From Rhodothermales bacterium (GTDB lineage: Bacteria; Bacteroidota; Rhodothermia; Rhodothermales; UBA10348), in the NCBI GenBank assembly GCA_024711125.1, contig JANJTM010000024.1, positions 1 through 15,971 of the forward strand: a stretch of DNA of 15,971 nt, written 5' to 3'. Under the pieces are notes generated by a model. That model did no database searches. It was not told where the DNA came from and saw nothing but the letters and a program-made list of their open reading frames with translations. The translations under genes were made by a program, and so were the position numbers. Positions 14,456 to 15,971 of the stretch are shown in pieces; within the stretch, counting starts at the first letter, position 1, and each line of letters begins with the position of its first letter.

Positions 14456-15971
14456 TCAATTCGAGTTGCCGCGCAGCGTGTCCAGCTTCGGCCCGAACGG
14501 CTGTTCGTAGAAGCGTGTCCCGGTTGCGCTGTGCAGCGCGTTCGCCAAGGCGGCAAACACCGGCGGAAACGGTGGCTCACCGAGGCCGGTCGGATCCACC
14601 TCGCTCGGCATGAAGTGGACGTCGATCGATCGCGGTGCCTCCCGGTGCCGGATGATGCGGTAGGTGTCGAAGTTGTCCTTGTCCGGTCGCCCGTCCGTGA
14701 AGGACATCTCACCGAACAGGGCGCATCCGATGCCGTCGACGATTGCGCCCTGGCACATGTTCGTAGCCGCGTCGGGGTTCACCACGATGCCGCAGTCCAT
14801 TGCACAACAGACCCGCTCGATGACCGGTCGACCGTTCTCCATGCGCAGATCGACCACCTGGGCCGCGTACGAATCGTGGCAGAAGTAGGCGGCGACGCCG
14901 CGGTGGATGTCCGTACCCGGCGCAGTGCCCCACCCGGATTTGTCTCGCACCAGCTCAAGGACCCCCGCGTATCGGGAGGCGTCGTAGTCGTTGCGCTGAC
15001 CCACCGGTCGGGTCCGGGCGCGCTCCAGGAGTTCTAGGCGGAAGGTGATAGGATCCTTTCCCATGGACTCCGCCACCTCGTCGAGGAACGACTGCTCGGC
15101 GCTCGCCATGAAGTTCGATCGCGGTCCCCTGAACGCGCCGGTCGTAATGTTTGAATCGATCGACCATTGCTCGGCCAGGTAGTTGTCCACGGCGCCGGCC
15201 GGAAAGCGGTCGGCATGCAGCGGGCTCTCCGGGATGCCTCCGGCCTTGACGTGGAACGCGATCAATCGGCCATCGGCATCGAGGCCAGCGCGGTAAACGG
15301 CGTGGTACGTTGGGCGATACACCCCGAAGGTCATGTCGTCCTCCCGCGTGTACTGAAGTCGCACGGGCACCTTCATCCGCTGGGCGATGACGGCCGCCTC
15401 AACCATGTAGTGGCTGTATGCGCGCCGGCCGAACCCGCCCCCCATCCGGACCATGCGCACATCGACGGCCTCAAGGGGCATGCCGAGACGGGCAGCGATG
15501 GTCTGCTCGATAAACTCCGGCGCCTGGACGGGACCGGAGATGACCGCCTTGTCGGAAGTCACCTCGGCGAAACACGCGATCGGCTCCATCGGGTTGTGGG
15601 CCAGGTACGGAGCCGTGTAGGTCCGCTCGATGACCTTCGCCGCGCGTGCGAACGCGGCTTCCGGGTCTCCGTCCCTTCGCACGACCCGGCCAGGCTGGGC
15701 CGCCATCTCGGCCATCTTCGCTGCATGCACAGCTGAGCTCTCAAGGCCGGCGGGAATAGTGACGGTCTGCGTGCGTCCGAAACCGCCCATGGTCACCGGT
15801 GTGTCGGGAATGGGCTCCCATTCGACCTGCAGGGCCTGCTTGGCCTTCAGCACGTGCCACGTTGTGTCGCCTACCACGGCGACCAGTTCGGGGAAGGCGT
15901 TCGCGTCGAAGAAGTTGCGTGCGTAGTCGTCCTCAAATGTCTTGAATCGGAACACGTCCCTTACGCCGGGC
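14456..15971 (-). CDS. Xanthine dehydrogenase / aldehyde oxidase family molybdopterin-binding subunit (IorB-like). The C-terminal roughly 500 aa are in the window and the gene continues past the window end
   Basis: AYFCHDSYAAQVVDLRMENGRPVIERVCCAMDCGIVVNPDAATNMCQGAIVDGIGCALFGE...FMPSEVDPTGLGEPPFPPVFAALANALHSATGTRF matches the C-terminal Mo-binding domains of isoquinoline 1-oxidoreductase beta / membrane aldehyde dehydrogenase large subunits. There is no stop before the window edge. The ATG at 14429 of the next gene lies just downstream on the same strand. Confidence 0.85.
   Translation of the reverse strand, partial: PGVRDVFRFKTFEDDYARNFFDANAFPELVAVVGDTTWHVLKAKQALQVEWEPIPDTPVTMGGFGRTQTVTIPAGLESSAVHAAKMAEMAAQPGRVVRRDGDPEAAFARAAKVIERTYTAPYLAHNPMEPIACFAEVTSDKAVISGPVQAPEFIEQTIAARLGMPLEAVDVRMVRMGGGFGRRAYSHYMVEAAVIAQRMKVPVRLQYTREDDMTFGVYRPTYHAVYRAGLDADGRLIAFHVKAGGIPESPLHADRFPAGAVDNYLAEQWSIDSNITTGAFRGPRSNFMASAEQSFLDEVAESMGKDPITFRLELLERARTRPVGQRNDYDASRYAGVLELVRDKSGWGTAPGTDIHRGVAAYFCHDSYAAQVVDLRMENGRPVIERVCCAMDCGIVVNPDAATNMCQGAIVDGIGCALFGEMSFTDGRPDKDNFDTYRIIRHREAPRSIDVHFMPSEVDPTGLGEPPFPPVFAALANALHSATGTRFYEQPFGPKLDTLRGNSN

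Overview
This is a high-GC (about 68%) bacterial chromosomal segment. The T9SS C-terminal sorting domain and the usable Shine-Dalgarno sites fit an FCB-group lineage such as Gemmatimonadota or Rhodothermota; that placement is inference. Reading the window from left to right, I can support these features. (1) The 5' end of a minus-strand secreted-protein gene. (2) A hairpin plus T-tract terminator. (3) A gene of about 890 aa for a nine-heme c-type cytochrome with an FN3 domain and a canonical T9SS (Por) C-terminal sorting domain. (4) A 435-bp divergent intergenic region carrying the palindrome TGTGACAA-N4-TTGTCACA, followed by an orphan hypothetical gene. (5) A minus-strand run of amtB -> glnK -> nfeD -> flotillin. 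(6) A Rad52/DdrA-family single-strand annealing protein gene preceded by a 20-bp palindrome and followed by moeZ (ThiF/MoeB E1-like domain plus rhodanese). (7) A pentapeptide-repeat protein gene. (8) A possible small two-helix membrane ORF. (9) A non-coding stretch of about 570 bp containing three degenerate tandem hairpin units and a perfect 28-bp direct repeat with a third partial copy, ending 9 bp from the 3' end of tRNA-Ala(GGC). (10) A minus-strand cluster of an xdhC-family gene, a type-B carboxylesterase, an NTF2-like lipoprotein and a partial xanthine-dehydrogenase-family (IorB-like) molybdopterin subunit. Many long Arg/Pro/Gly-rich ORFs in the track are antisense GC artefacts. The findings most worth a second look are the T9SS-exported multiheme cytochrome with a signal-peptide protein immediately downstream, the Rad52/DdrA-like gene with its palindromic operator next to the E1-like moeZ, and the tRNA-adjacent repeat architecture. 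No CRISPR array or mobile-element gene is visible.
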